Assembly (NCBI GenBank): GCA_050258935.1
Contig: JBLMZS010000014.1
Location: 737 to 64,736 of the forward strand
Origin: Bacteroidota bacterium
GTDB lineage: Bacteria; Bacteroidota; Ignavibacteria; Ignavibacteriales; SURF-24
Direction: 5' to 3'
DNA length: 64,000 nt
Shown: in pieces, positions 38,359-47,457 of the stretch
Layout of the letters: every line of letters starts with the position of its first letter
How positions within the stretch are numbered: position 1 is the first letter of the stretch
The notes under the pieces: model-generated
What the model saw: only the letters and a program-made list of their open reading frames with translations
What the model was told of the DNA's origin: nothing
Database searches by the model: none
Position numbers and translations under genes: made by a program

Positions 38359-38427
38359 TTCCTCACCATGAAATTATAATTAAAAACTATGTCAAAAAAT
38401 GATATCGAATTTTATGATATTGTATCA

Positions 38428-38452
38428 AGAAAAGACCATCGGGTCTTTTTAT
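38428..38452 (-). terminator. Small hairpin with T-rich tail downstream of the BNR gene
   Basis: In minus sense: aaaaagacc cgat ggtcttttcttg (stem 38432-38437 with 38442-38447). Confidence 0.5.
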
Positions 38453-38535
38453 TTCTGTGTTTTTTCTAACAACTATGCGGAGCCTCCCTTTCCGGGAAGT
38501 TCCGCATATGGTTGTTAAACTGACATTGGGATAGA

Positions 38536-40449
38536 TTACTTAAGCAGCATCATTTTCTTGGATATTGTATTCACACCATCAGTAAGAGTGTAGATATACA
38601 GACCTGATGTAAAGTTTGCAGCATTAAAGTTAACCGTATGAGCTCCAGCTTCCTGCATTCCGTTGACCAGAGTAGCAACTTCTCTTCCGAGCATATCGAA
38701 TACTTTCAGAGAAACGCTTGATCTGCCGGCGAGGTTATAGTTTATAGCCGTAGTCGGGTTGAACGGGTTAGGATAGTTCTGCTCGAGAGCAAATTTTTCT
38801 ACTACAGCAGGTTTGTCATTAACTGCTACAACACCAGGAAGAGTAAGGCTGTTATATCTCCAGACTGCGTCCGGTGATGCTGAGTTCTGTGAACCGACTA
38901 TGCTCGAACCAGGAATTGGATCGTGATAGTACAGGTAGTGAACGATAGCATCAGAACCCTTAACCTCTATTGGATTAGCAACATATGGCCAGTAATCTGA
39001 TTCGTTCTTTGTAGTAACGAGTGACTGCGGTGCTCCGAATGTTCTGCCGCCGTCTGTTGAAACTGCATAATAGAGATCTATATGAGCAACAGCTGTTGTT
39101 GCTGAACCGCCGTCACCAGGATATACGTTAATCGGGCTGTTTCCGATTTCACCTGAATATTCAGGAAGTGTCCAGGCTACAACAACTACTTTACCGTCAG
39201 GTGTGGTTGCAACTGTAGGATTGCTGTTACCATTCATGTTACCTGGCTGATTGAGCGTAGCATCTGAGAAATCGTCATCTTCTGTTGCAGGATCAGAAAT
39301 GGCTATCCATTTTTTGTCCCTGTCATTATAGTAATAAAGAGGGTACACTTTGATTGTGTCTTTGCCAATCATACCGTTGCTGTTAACGCCAGTGCGTACT
39401 GTATGGAAAACACCTGTAGGATCTACTACGTAGTGACCGATATCAAACGAAGTAAATGCCATTTCGTAGGTAGGTCTGTTGGAAACTTCTCTTCCACCGT
39501 CAACACCAATAACTTCGCCCTTCCATGTAGCGCCCATATCTTCTGAATAGAAGTAATAAAGACCATCGGCACTGTCTCTGTAAGCAGTTGTTGTTTCTCC
39601 GGTTATATAACCGGTAAGAGGACCTTTCTTTATAAGAGTATTGCACATAGCGATCTTGGTGCCATTAGTCATGATCGTAGGATCATTGGAAGCCTGTGCA
39701 GGATCACCCCAGAAGTTAGGATCGTTGGGGTTCATGACAGCAACTGAATCAAAAGTTTTTCCGTTGTTTGATGATTTCAGTATTCTCCAGTGTGCTTTCT
39801 CTGTCTGGGTGAAGTTATAATCCGGATACCAGAAGCTGCCGTCTTTTGTCTGCGCCATTCTTGGCCATGAAAGCGGCATACCAGGATCTGTAAGTTTTGT
39901 AGCCTTTGTTATATCGCCAAGAAGATCTATCTCATAGAGGTACGGAGAGAGTGTGGCATTTGTCAATGCATCATACAGAACGACATAAGCCTTTCCGGTT
40001 TCCTTGTTGAGAATCAGGTGTGAATTCCAACCTGTACGGTAAGGTGTCTGATCGGGTTTGAGGCCTTCAACAGGATAGCTGTATGCACCCTGAGCATCAA
40101 CAAATCCGAACACTGCATAACGTGTAGGGATGTTGTGTGTTGCAACACCAATAGGATTTTCAGAACCATCCTTATCAAAGTCATAAGTAGCAAGCATTGT
40201 ACCCTGATAGCTGTTCGAAGCCCAGTCATAGCTGGCCAAAAGCATATCGACAGGTTCGCCTGCAACTTTTTTTGCCGACTTCAGTTTAGCGTTCTGGTAA
40301 TCGGTATAGAATGAAGGTTCGACATTAACGGTCTTGTCCATTTTTTTTGAATGGATCTGAACCTTGCTGAACGGCCTGGCTGGCTGCGCAAAACCAACTG
40401 AGGCCACAAAGAGTGAAAGTACCGTATACGCTGTAGCTTTCTTAAACAT
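38536..40449 (-). CDS. BNR/Asp-box repeat beta-propeller protein with type-A T9SS C-terminal sorting domain
   Basis: 637 aa with a signal peptide. Asp-box-like motifs SSNNGKTF, SEDMGATW and STDGGRTF. CTD: LEQNYPNPFNPTTAINYNL...VSLKVFDMLGREVATLV...FTSGLYIYTL. Confidence 0.75.
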   Translation of the reverse strand: MFKKATAYTVLSLFVASVGFAQPARPFSKVQIHSKKMDKTVNVEPSFYTDYQNAKLKSAKKVAGEPVDMLLASYDWASNSYQGTMLATYDFDKDGSENPIGVATHNIPTRYAVFGFVDAQGAYSYPVEGLKPDQTPYRTGWNSHLILNKETGKAYVVLYDALTNATLSPYLYEIDLLGDITKATKLTDPGMPLSWPRMAQTKDGSFWYPDYNFTQTEKAHWRILKSSNNGKTFDSVAVMNPNDPNFWGDPAQASNDPTIMTNGTKIAMCNTLIKKGPLTGYITGETTTAYRDSADGLYYFYSEDMGATWKGEVIGVDGGREVSNRPTYEMAFTSFDIGHYVVDPTGVFHTVRTGVNSNGMIGKDTIKVYPLYYYNDRDKKWIAISDPATEDDDFSDATLNQPGNMNGNSNPTVATTPDGKVVVVAWTLPEYSGEIGNSPINVYPGDGGSATTAVAHIDLYYAVSTDGGRTFGAPQSLVTTKNESDYWPYVANPIEVKGSDAIVHYLYYHDPIPGSSIVGSQNSASPDAVWRYNSLTLPGVVAVNDKPAVVEKFALEQNYPNPFNPTTAINYNLAGRSSVSLKVFDMLGREVATLVNGMQEAGAHTVNFNAANFTSGLYIYTLTDGVNTISKKMMLLK

Positions 40450-40768
40450 ATAGTTACTCCTTTTTTCCTTATAATTGAGAAATTATTTATTAAGTCAACA
40501 CTTGTAACATTTTAACTTTCAGAACGAAAGACCTTAATAATTAACGTACCAGATAATATAACTTAACTTTCTAAGCAGAAAGAGGACTAAAAGTAACATT
40601 ATTAAGGCGTAATGTCAAGATATAAAATATCCTTTTATTACCTATTGTCAGATATTTTGTTCAATTTTGCAAGTCAAAAATGAAAATATCCGTTCATCCA
40701 AAACGCCATGAAGACAGATCCCCCGCAGTTTTTTGGCTTCCGGAGAATTGCTTTAGTAATGACAGCAA

Positions 40769-41089
40769 TTATAAAATAGCACGGATTTTCTGTTCAAAGG
40801 TCGCCTTATTACCAGCCCCGATTACTTTATCAACAACTTCTCCGTTTTTAATAAACAACACAGTAGGTATCGAACGCACGCCGTAAGTGATGGCCACCTG
40901 CTGGTTATCGTCTACATCTACTTTCCCGACCTTTACTGTTTCCTTATATTCTTCAGCCAGTTCTTCTATTATAGGGGCAATCATACGGCAGGGGCCGCAC
41001 CACGCTGCCCAGAAATCTACTATAACCGGCTTGTCTGACTTCAGTACTTCAGTATCAAAATTGGAATCTGTAAACTCATATGGTTTCAT
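40769..41089 (-). CDS. trxA: Thioredoxin
   Basis: Contains FWAAWCGPCRMIAP (active site WCGPC). ATG 41089 is preceded by GGAGA; the track ORF begins one codon earlier at a TTG. Confidence 0.95.
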   Translation of the reverse strand: MKPYEFTDSNFDTEVLKSDKPVIVDFWAAWCGPCRMIAPIIEELAEEYKETVKVGKVDVDDNQQVAITYGVRSIPTVLFIKNGEVVDKVIGAGNKATFEQKIRAIL

Positions 41090-41180
41090 CAAATCATCTC
41101 CATTGCAAGATAGTTCTATAAAATGAATAAGTAAAGTAAAAAAATGTAATTTTTTGAATTTTTACGCTAAAAAACGGACA

Positions 41181-42323
41181 CTACATTACCCCGTTTTTCT
41201 TCAGTATGTCGTGTGCAATAATCCCCTTTTGTATCTCGTTTGTGCCTTCAAATATTCTGTTGATCCTGGAATCGCGGTAATAGCGTTCCACGGGCAGCTC
41301 ACGCGAATATCCCATACCGCCGTGTATCTGAACCGCGTAGTCCGCAATTTTGTCGAGCGATTCGGAGCAGAAATACTTTACCATTGCCGATTCCCTTGAA
41401 ACGCTCTTCTTCAGGTCATACAGTGCTGCGGTTCTGTAAACTATAGACTCCATATTATAGATAAGAACAGCCATTTCGGCGAGCATAAACTGGACAGCCT
41501 GAAAACTGCCGATGGTGGTATCAAACTGTACTCTTTCCTTTGAGTAGCGCGTCGACATTTCGAGCAGCTCTTTTGCAGCGCCGAGACAAGCAGCACCGAG
41601 GCCGAGTCTACCGGCATCGAGCGTCTTCATGGCAATCAGAAAACCGCGGCCGTCCTGACCGATCATGTTTTCCTTAGGCACGCGGACCTCGTCGAATGTA
41701 ATTGCATTTGTCGTACTGCCTTTTATGCCCATTTTCTTTTCCGGAGGACCGGCTACAAATCCCGGAGTTGATGTCTCCACGGCAAATGCAGTAATGCCTT
41801 TTTCAGTACGGGCAAATACAGACACCACGTCGGCAATGCTGCCGTTGGTGATCCAGAGTTTTTCTCCGTTTATTATCCAGTCGTCTCCGTCTTTCCTCGC
41901 CCTGGTCTTCAGGTTGAATGAATCGCTGCCGGCCTGTGGTTCGGTAAGACAGAAAGCACCTATCTTTTCACCTTTTGCCAGAGGCACAACGAACTTCTGT
42001 TTAAGCTCCTCGCTGCCGCCGAGGTATATTGCGTTAGTCCCGATCGACTGATGTGCACCGATGAATGTTGCCGTGGACATACAGCCGCGTGCAATTTCCT
42101 CCTGTGTAATACAGTATCCTACTTCGCCGAACCCGCTGCCGCCGTATTCCTCGGGGAAAGCCACGCCGAGTATCCCGACCTCTGCCAGCTTCGCGATCAG
42201 CTCGCGGGGAATTTTTTCCTCCGCATCGATCTTTGCCGCCACTGGTTTGATTTCATTATTTGTGAACTCGCGCACCATTTCGCGCAGCATCTGCTGCTCT
42301 TCGGAAAGTTTAAATTCAAACAT
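41181..42323 (-). CDS. Acyl-CoA dehydrogenase
   Basis: 380 aa; contains FCLTEPQAGSD, WITNG, QIHGGMGYSRELPVERYYRD and RIFEGTNEIQ. Confidence 0.92.
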   Translation of the reverse strand: MFEFKLSEEQQMLREMVREFTNNEIKPVAAKIDAEEKIPRELIAKLAEVGILGVAFPEEYGGSGFGEVGYCITQEEIARGCMSTATFIGAHQSIGTNAIYLGGSEELKQKFVVPLAKGEKIGAFCLTEPQAGSDSFNLKTRARKDGDDWIINGEKLWITNGSIADVVSVFARTEKGITAFAVETSTPGFVAGPPEKKMGIKGSTTNAITFDEVRVPKENMIGQDGRGFLIAMKTLDAGRLGLGAACLGAAKELLEMSTRYSKERVQFDTTIGSFQAVQFMLAEMAVLIYNMESIVYRTAALYDLKKSVSRESAMVKYFCSESLDKIADYAVQIHGGMGYSRELPVERYYRDSRINRIFEGTNEIQKGIIAHDILKKNGVM

Positions 42324-42344
42324 TATATATTCCTAAAGTATTTT

Positions 42345-42370
42345 AGTTCTCAGTTTTTATTTCTCAGTTG
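42345..42370. repeat. Possible degenerate relative of the heptad element (CAGTT variant)
   Basis: agttctcagttttt atttctcagttg lies in the spacer between the acyl-CoA dehydrogenase start and the SDR stop; it has only two units and differs from GAGTT. Confidence 0.3.
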
Positions 42371-42381
42371 ACCGGGAGTCC

Positions 42382-43239
42382 TTATTTCTTCCCTGCTTTC
42401 AGGGGTTTGCAGACTTTTTCTCCGATATAATTTACTACATACTCAGCTCCGTCAACTCCAATGACATTGCCAGAAATCCATCCGGCACTTTCCTCGCAGA
42501 GGTGCGATATTGCTTTGGCGACCTCTTCGGGAACCGTAAGTTTTCCCATCGGGTTCTTCAGCCTTGCACTTTCAAGCATTTTTTCGGCACCTGGAATTTT
42601 GCGGAGTGCAGGAGTATCGGTAACGCCTGCCATTATTGCATTGGCGGTTACCTTCATGAAGCCTAGTTCGACTGCAATCTGTCTTATGTGTGCTTCGAGA
42701 GCAGCTTTTGCAGCCGAGACAGCTCCGTAGTTGGGAATCACAGTCTGACTGCCCGCGCTGGTAAGCGCGAATATTCTGCCGCCTTCGGAAAGCAGGTTTG
42801 CATTTACCAGCCCCTGAGTCCAGTAGACAAGGCTGTGGGCCATTACGTCTAGCGTCATGGTCATTGAGGCCTGTGAGACGGCGTCTTCAGGATTGGCGGC
42901 AAAATAGGGTTTCAATGTACCGAAGGCCATAGAATGGATCAGCACCTTTATTTTTGGATTAGCATTATCTATAGAGAATCTTTCGCTGATCTCGTCGATT
43001 ACTTCCTGACGTTTTATAGGATCGGCAGCATTTATGTTGAAAAACACCGCCTGTTGTCCGGTCTTTTCGATCTTCTTGACGATCTGGTAAACATTGGGCA
43101 TGGTGATCTGTCTGTCCAAATGCACACCGAATATATTGTATCCGTGTTTTGCAAGTTCGACTGCGCATGCTCCGCCAAATCCGCTTGATGCACCCAGTAC
43201 GAGCGCCCAGTACTTTCCTTGAGATCTTTTAACGTCCAA
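42382..43239 (-). CDS. SDR-family oxidoreductase, FabL-like enoyl-[acyl-carrier-protein] reductase (tentative)
   Basis: 285 aa; LVLGASSGFGGACAVELAKHGYNIFGV (Rossmann fold) and NYGAVSAAKAALEAHIRQIAVEL (YxxxK). The C-terminal half runs collinear with my memory of B. subtilis FabL. TTG start preceded by AAGGAA. Confidence 0.5.
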   Translation of the reverse strand: MDVKRSQGKYWALVLGASSGFGGACAVELAKHGYNIFGVHLDRQITMPNVYQIVKKIEKTGQQAVFFNINAADPIKRQEVIDEISERFSIDNANPKIKVLIHSMAFGTLKPYFAANPEDAVSQASMTMTLDVMAHSLVYWTQGLVNANLLSEGGRIFALTSAGSQTVIPNYGAVSAAKAALEAHIRQIAVELGFMKVTANAIMAGVTDTPALRKIPGAEKMLESARLKNPMGKLTVPEEVAKAISHLCEESAGWISGNVIGVDGAEYVVNYIGEKVCKPLKAGKK

Positions 43240-43313
43240 ATTACATTCCTTTTATTGTTCAAAATAGTTTTATAAAAAAACACAAAGCATGATAAGCAAA
43301 AATATACATTTTT

Positions 43314-46300
43314 TCACGAACAATACATAATACTTTCCTCACCCAGTATATTCATCAGTTCGTCTGACAAATCGCGGCTGATCTTCACTCTGCACAATCT
43401 GACGAAGAAATTTCTTGGTTTGCAGCCATTGTTCTGTACTGATATTAATACGGGCAGATTGCCGGGATTCTTTTCGAGTATTTTCTTCAGTGAAGAGATC
43501 ATTTCTGGTTTATGTTTTTCATCATCAAGAGTAAGCTTGATAGTCTTTGTGAACAGGTTCTTTGCCTCTTCAAGAGGGATGACATTTTCTATCTGAAGTT
43601 TTATTGCATCTCCGCTGCTTTCCGGCCGGCCAATTACCATTACGGTAGCTTCCTCACCAACGTACTTGCCCACCTTTTCATAGGTCGATCCGAACATGAG
43701 ACACTCGCAGGAGCCGGAAAAATCGTCCAGTGTAAAGAACGCCATGGTCTTGCCGGACTTGTCTATCTTGGTCTTAAGGCCGGTTATTACGCCGCACGCC
43801 CTTACCTGATCGGTCTCTTCAAGCGATTCTGTTTCACCCAGAAATACAGTGGCAAATGATTTATACTCGACTTCATATTTCCTCAGCGGGTGATCAGATA
43901 GGTAGAAACCCAGCACTTCCCTTTCGCGCGACAGTTCTTCCTTTGATGTCCAGGCTTCGAAGTCAGGAAGTTCAGGTTCAGGAATTTCTGTATCCTCACT
44001 TGGTGAATCTCCGAACAGGCTTTCTGTTTTTACGAGTGAAGAATTCTGGACCTTGCTGCCGAAGTCGAGGGCCATTTCCACGGCGGCAAAATTCTGAGCT
44101 CTTGTACCCTTCAGACGGTCAAATGCACCCGCGAGTATCAGTCCTTCTATAGTACGCTTATTTACTATACGGGTTTCGACATTCGAGCAGAAATCAAATA
44201 TGCTCGTAAAGTCGCGGCCCAGGCGTTCACGGCTCTTTTTTATCTCCTCCACTGCATTGATGCCGACATTCTTTATTGCGCACATGCCGAAAATAATTTT
44301 CCCGTCCTTTACGTCAAAATAAACCGAAGGATTATTCACGTCCGGACAGAGCACTTCGATTTTCAGCTTGCGGCAGTCCTCGAGGAAAGAAGTGATCTTG
44401 CCGGTATTGCCGAATTCATTGGTCATGTTGGCTGCAAGAAATTCTGCAGGATAGTGAGCCTTCAGGTATGCCGTATGATAAGCCACAACGCTGTATGCAA
44501 CCGCGTGGCTCTTATTAAAACCATAGTTGGCGAACTTATCGATGGCATCGAATATCTCGGATGCCGTATTTTTGGGTATATTATTTTTTACAGCTCCGGC
44601 AACGAATATCTCTTTCTGTTCCTTCATTGCCTGAAGGTCTTTCTTGCCCATCGCCCTTCTGAGAATATCAGCCTCTGCCAGGCTCATGCCCGCAGCCTTA
44701 TTGGCGATCTGAATTACCTGCTCCTGATAGACTATGATGCCGTAGGTTTCGCTCAATATCGGTTCAAGCACCGGATGCAGGTATTCGGCCTGGGCCATTC
44801 CGTGCTTTCTTTTTATAAAGTCGTCTATGAATTCCATAGGACCCGGCCTGTACAGAGCGTTCATAGCCGAAAGGTCCTTGACAGACGAGGGTTTAAGCTT
44901 CTTCAGATACTCGCGCATCGGGCCACTTTCAAACTGGAACACTGCCGTCGTCTGGCCTTTTGCAAAAAGCTGAAAAGTTTTTTCGTCATCGACCGGTATG
45001 TCGTCGGTGTTTATCTGAATGCCGTAATTTTTTTCTATAAGCTCTATGGCATCGGCAATGATAGTCAGTGTTCTCAGGCCAAGGAAGTCCATTTTCAGCA
45101 GACCGGCATGGTCGAGCTCTTTCATGTTGTACTGTGTGACGAGGTCTGATGAACCGCCCGGGGTCGCAAGAGGCACATGGTCGCTGACTTCACCCGGTGT
45201 AATGACGACACCGGCAGCATGTTTGGAGGCATTGCGGTTCATACCCTCGAGTATCCTGGCATATTTGATCAGTTCGAGTATCTGCGGATCGTTTGATTCC
45301 GAAACCCACTTGAGTTCAGGTACTTCAGCCAGAGCCTGATCGATAGTGAATACCTTGCCGAACTTTGAGGGAATGAATTTAGTAATTTTGTTTACAGTAG
45401 GAATCGGGATCTTCAGTACGCGCGCTACGTCCCTGATGACGGCCTTGGATGAAAGTCTGTTGAAAGTTACTATCTGGCTGACCGAATTCTCCCCATACTT
45501 CTGACGTACGTAGTCAATTGCCATACCGCGTTTTGAATCGGCAAAGTCGACGTCAATATCGGGCATGGACTTTCTGGCCGGGTTCAGGAACCTCTCGAAC
45601 AGCAGATCGTATTCCAGCGGATCAACATTAGTAATACCGAGCGTATAAGCCACCAGGCTGCCAGCAGCGCTGCCGCGACCCGGCCCCACCGGCACACCAA
45701 GTCGTCTGGAAGCATTAATAAAGTCCTGCACAATGAGGAAGTATCCCGAGAAGCCCATCTTCTTGATGGTAGCAAGCTCATAGTCGAACCGGTCCTGAAT
45801 CTCCGATGTAACTGTTCTGAACCTTTTCTGCAGTCCTTCCCTTGCAATAAGTTCAAAGTAATCGTCGAGCGTTTCGCAGTGCGATTCGGGCGGGATAGGA
45901 AATATCGGATGCAGATGGCCTTCGAAGTCCAGGTTTACATTTGTCTTTTCTGCAATTTCCAGAGTAGTTTCTATGGACTCCGGATACTTGGAGAAAAGCT
46001 GCTTCATTTCATCCGAGGATTTGAAGTAAATCTGATCTGTATTATATCTGAGCTGATGATAATCTGCAGTTCCGGTTTTGTCACCCAGCAGCAGCAGTAT
46101 ATTATGAGCAATAGCGTGGTCTTTTTCTATATAATGACAGTCGTTTGTAGCGACAAGCTTGATGCCCAGTTCGCGCGCAAGCTTAGGCATACCCTCCAGA
46201 ATACTCCGCTCGACATCCATATTATGGTCCTGGATCTCAAGATAAAAATCATCACCGAATAGTTCTTTGTAAGTAATTGCCGTGGCGCGCGCCTTGTCAT

Positions 46301-46778
46301 AGTCGTTATTCACCAGATCAGCGGCGACTATACCGCCGGCGCAGGCACTCATTGCAATGAGCCCGTCCTTGTACTGTCTTAAAAGTTCCAGGTCTATTCT
46401 GGGGCGATAGTAGAACCCCTGAGTATGTCCGTAAGTGGAAAGCTTTGAAAGATTTTTATAGCCCTGCTTGTCTTTTGCGAGCAGTATAAGATGGTTATAG
46501 TGCTTTGTACGCTTTCTGCCGGGCAGATCGTCATGTTTTCCCTTGTCGAACCTGGAGCCCTCTTTTACGATATAGGCTTCCATACCGACGATAGGTTTTA
46601 TACCCTCTTTCTTAGCTTTCGTGTAGAATTCGGAAATACCGTACATGACGCCGTGATCCGTTAAGGCCACCGCCGGCATATTGTTTTTCTTTGCAGCTTT
46701 TACGAGTGCCTCGACTGTGCAGGCACCATCCTGAAGGCTGTAATGTGTATGATTATGTAAATGAATAAAGTCTGACAT
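43314..46778 (-). CDS. dnaE: DNA polymerase III subunit alpha
   Basis: 1154 aa; PHP N-terminus FIHLHNHTHYSLQDG, a polymerase core, an OB fold and conserved DnaE blocks (GRGSAAGSLVAY, PDIDVDF). Confidence 0.97.
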   Translation of the reverse strand: MSDFIHLHNHTHYSLQDGACTVEALVKAAKKNNMPAVALTDHGVMYGISEFYTKAKKEGIKPIVGMEAYIVKEGSRFDKGKHDDLPGRKRTKHYNHLILLAKDKQGYKNLSKLSTYGHTQGFYYRPRIDLELLRQYKDGLIAMSACAGGIVAADLVNNDYDKARATAITYKELFGDDFYLEIQDHNMDVERSILEGMPKLARELGIKLVATNDCHYIEKDHAIAHNILLLLGDKTGTADYHQLRYNTDQIYFKSSDEMKQLFSKYPESIETTLEIAEKTNVNLDFEGHLHPIFPIPPESHCETLDDYFELIAREGLQKRFRTVTSEIQDRFDYELATIKKMGFSGYFLIVQDFINASRRLGVPVGPGRGSAAGSLVAYTLGITNVDPLEYDLLFERFLNPARKSMPDIDVDFADSKRGMAIDYVRQKYGENSVSQIVTFNRLSSKAVIRDVARVLKIPIPTVNKITKFIPSKFGKVFTIDQALAEVPELKWVSESNDPQILELIKYARILEGMNRNASKHAAGVVITPGEVSDHVPLATPGGSSDLVTQYNMKELDHAGLLKMDFLGLRTLTIIADAIELIEKNYGIQINTDDIPVDDEKTFQLFAKGQTTAVFQFESGPMREYLKKLKPSSVKDLSAMNALYRPGPMEFIDDFIKRKHGMAQAEYLHPVLEPILSETYGIIVYQEQVIQIANKAAGMSLAEADILRRAMGKKDLQAMKEQKEIFVAGAVKNNIPKNTASEIFDAIDKFANYGFNKSHAVAYSVVAYHTAYLKAHYPAEFLAANMTNEFGNTGKITSFLEDCRKLKIEVLCPDVNNPSVYFDVKDGKIIFGMCAIKNVGINAVEEIKKSRERLGRDFTSIFDFCSNVETRIVNKRTIEGLILAGAFDRLKGTRAQNFAAVEMALDFGSKVQNSSLVKTESLFGDSPSEDTEIPEPELPDFEAWTSKEELSREREVLGFYLSDHPLRKYEVEYKSFATVFLGETESLEETDQVRACGVITGLKTKIDKSGKTMAFFTLDDFSGSCECLMFGSTYEKVGKYVGEEATVMVIGRPESSGDAIKLQIENVIPLEEAKNLFTKTIKLTLDDEKHKPEMISSLKKILEKNPGNLPVLISVQNNGCKPRNFFVRLCRVKISRDLSDELMNILGEESIMYCS

Positions 46779-46785
46779 TTATTTC

Positions 46786-46860
46786 AGTTCTGAGTTTTGA
46801 GTTTTGAGTTATGAGTTATGAGTACTGAGAAAACTCATAACTCAGAACTCAGAACTCATA
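46786..46860. repeat. GAGTTNT heptad array plus complementary arm (about 24-bp imperfect hairpin) between dut and dnaE
   Basis: Left arm is cagttct gagtttt gagtttt gagttat gagttat gagtactgag. After the loop comes actcataactcagaactcagaactcata. The perfect core is gagttatgag (46813-46822) paired with ctcataactc (46834-46843). Confidence 0.9.
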
Positions 46861-46861
46861 A

Positions 46862-47320
46862 TTATTTTCTGCCGGTGTGTCCGAAACCGCCTTCGGAGCG
46901 GTGTGTGTCGTTAAGATCTTTTGTCTCAGTAAATTCAGCAAGATAAACCTTCGACAATACCAGCTGTGCAATCCTGTCGCCGCGGCTGACTGTAAAATCA
47001 TCTGTCCCGAAATTTCCAAGTATTATTTTCAGTTCGCCTCTGTAGTCTGAATCGATGGTACCCGGGGAATTCGGAATAAAGATACCGTGTTTTGCCGCAA
47101 GTCCGCTGCGCGGCCTGACTTGTATCTCATAACCGAAGGGTATTTCGACGGAAAGGTTGGTTGGTACAAGGCTTATCTTTCCTGCTGGTATAACCATCTG
47201 TTTTTCTACCGCGGCTCTGACATCGAGGCCTGAGGCACCGGCAGTTGCATATTCTGGAAGCGGTATATCTGCAAATTCATCTGAAAGGCGTTTTATCTTT
47301 ATTGTAATTTTTGAATCCAT
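46862..47320 (-). CDS. dut: dUTP diphosphatase
   Basis: 152 aa; contains ASGLDVRA, RPRSGLAAKHGI, GTIDSDYRGE and a C-terminal RSEGGFGHTG. Confidence 0.95.
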   Translation of the reverse strand: MDSKITIKIKRLSDEFADIPLPEYATAGASGLDVRAAVEKQMVIPAGKISLVPTNLSVEIPFGYEIQVRPRSGLAAKHGIFIPNSPGTIDSDYRGELKIILGNFGTDDFTVSRGDRIAQLVLSKVYLAEFTETKDLNDTHRSEGGFGHTGRK

Positions 47321-47409
47321 GGGGTCGTGTATGTCCAGCGGTTAAATAGATAAATCTTACTACTATGCGGATAAATTTAAGAGCAAGATTCTGGAAAATC
47401 AACTTGATA

Positions 47410-47442
47410 ATTACGAAAATATTGCGGGTAAAAATTACCCGC
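47410..47442 (-). terminator. Intrinsic terminator after the flippase gene
   Basis: In minus sense: gcgggta atttt tacccgc followed by aatattttcgtaatt (stem 47424-47430 with 47436-47442). Confidence 0.6.
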
Positions 47443-47457
47443 TCAACTCCGGACAAT

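Noticed and set aside
40468-40498. E. coli-like sigma-70 promoter (TTGACT, 19 nt, TATAAG) upstream of the BNR gene
   Set aside because: The implied transcription start would fall inside or after the AAGGAG Shine-Dalgarno sequence, only about 10 nt from the ATG. The spacer is also long, so this is likely a chance match in AT-rich DNA.
44454-45149. 231-aa plus-strand ORF antisense to dnaE
   Set aside because: Shadow ORF within dnaE.
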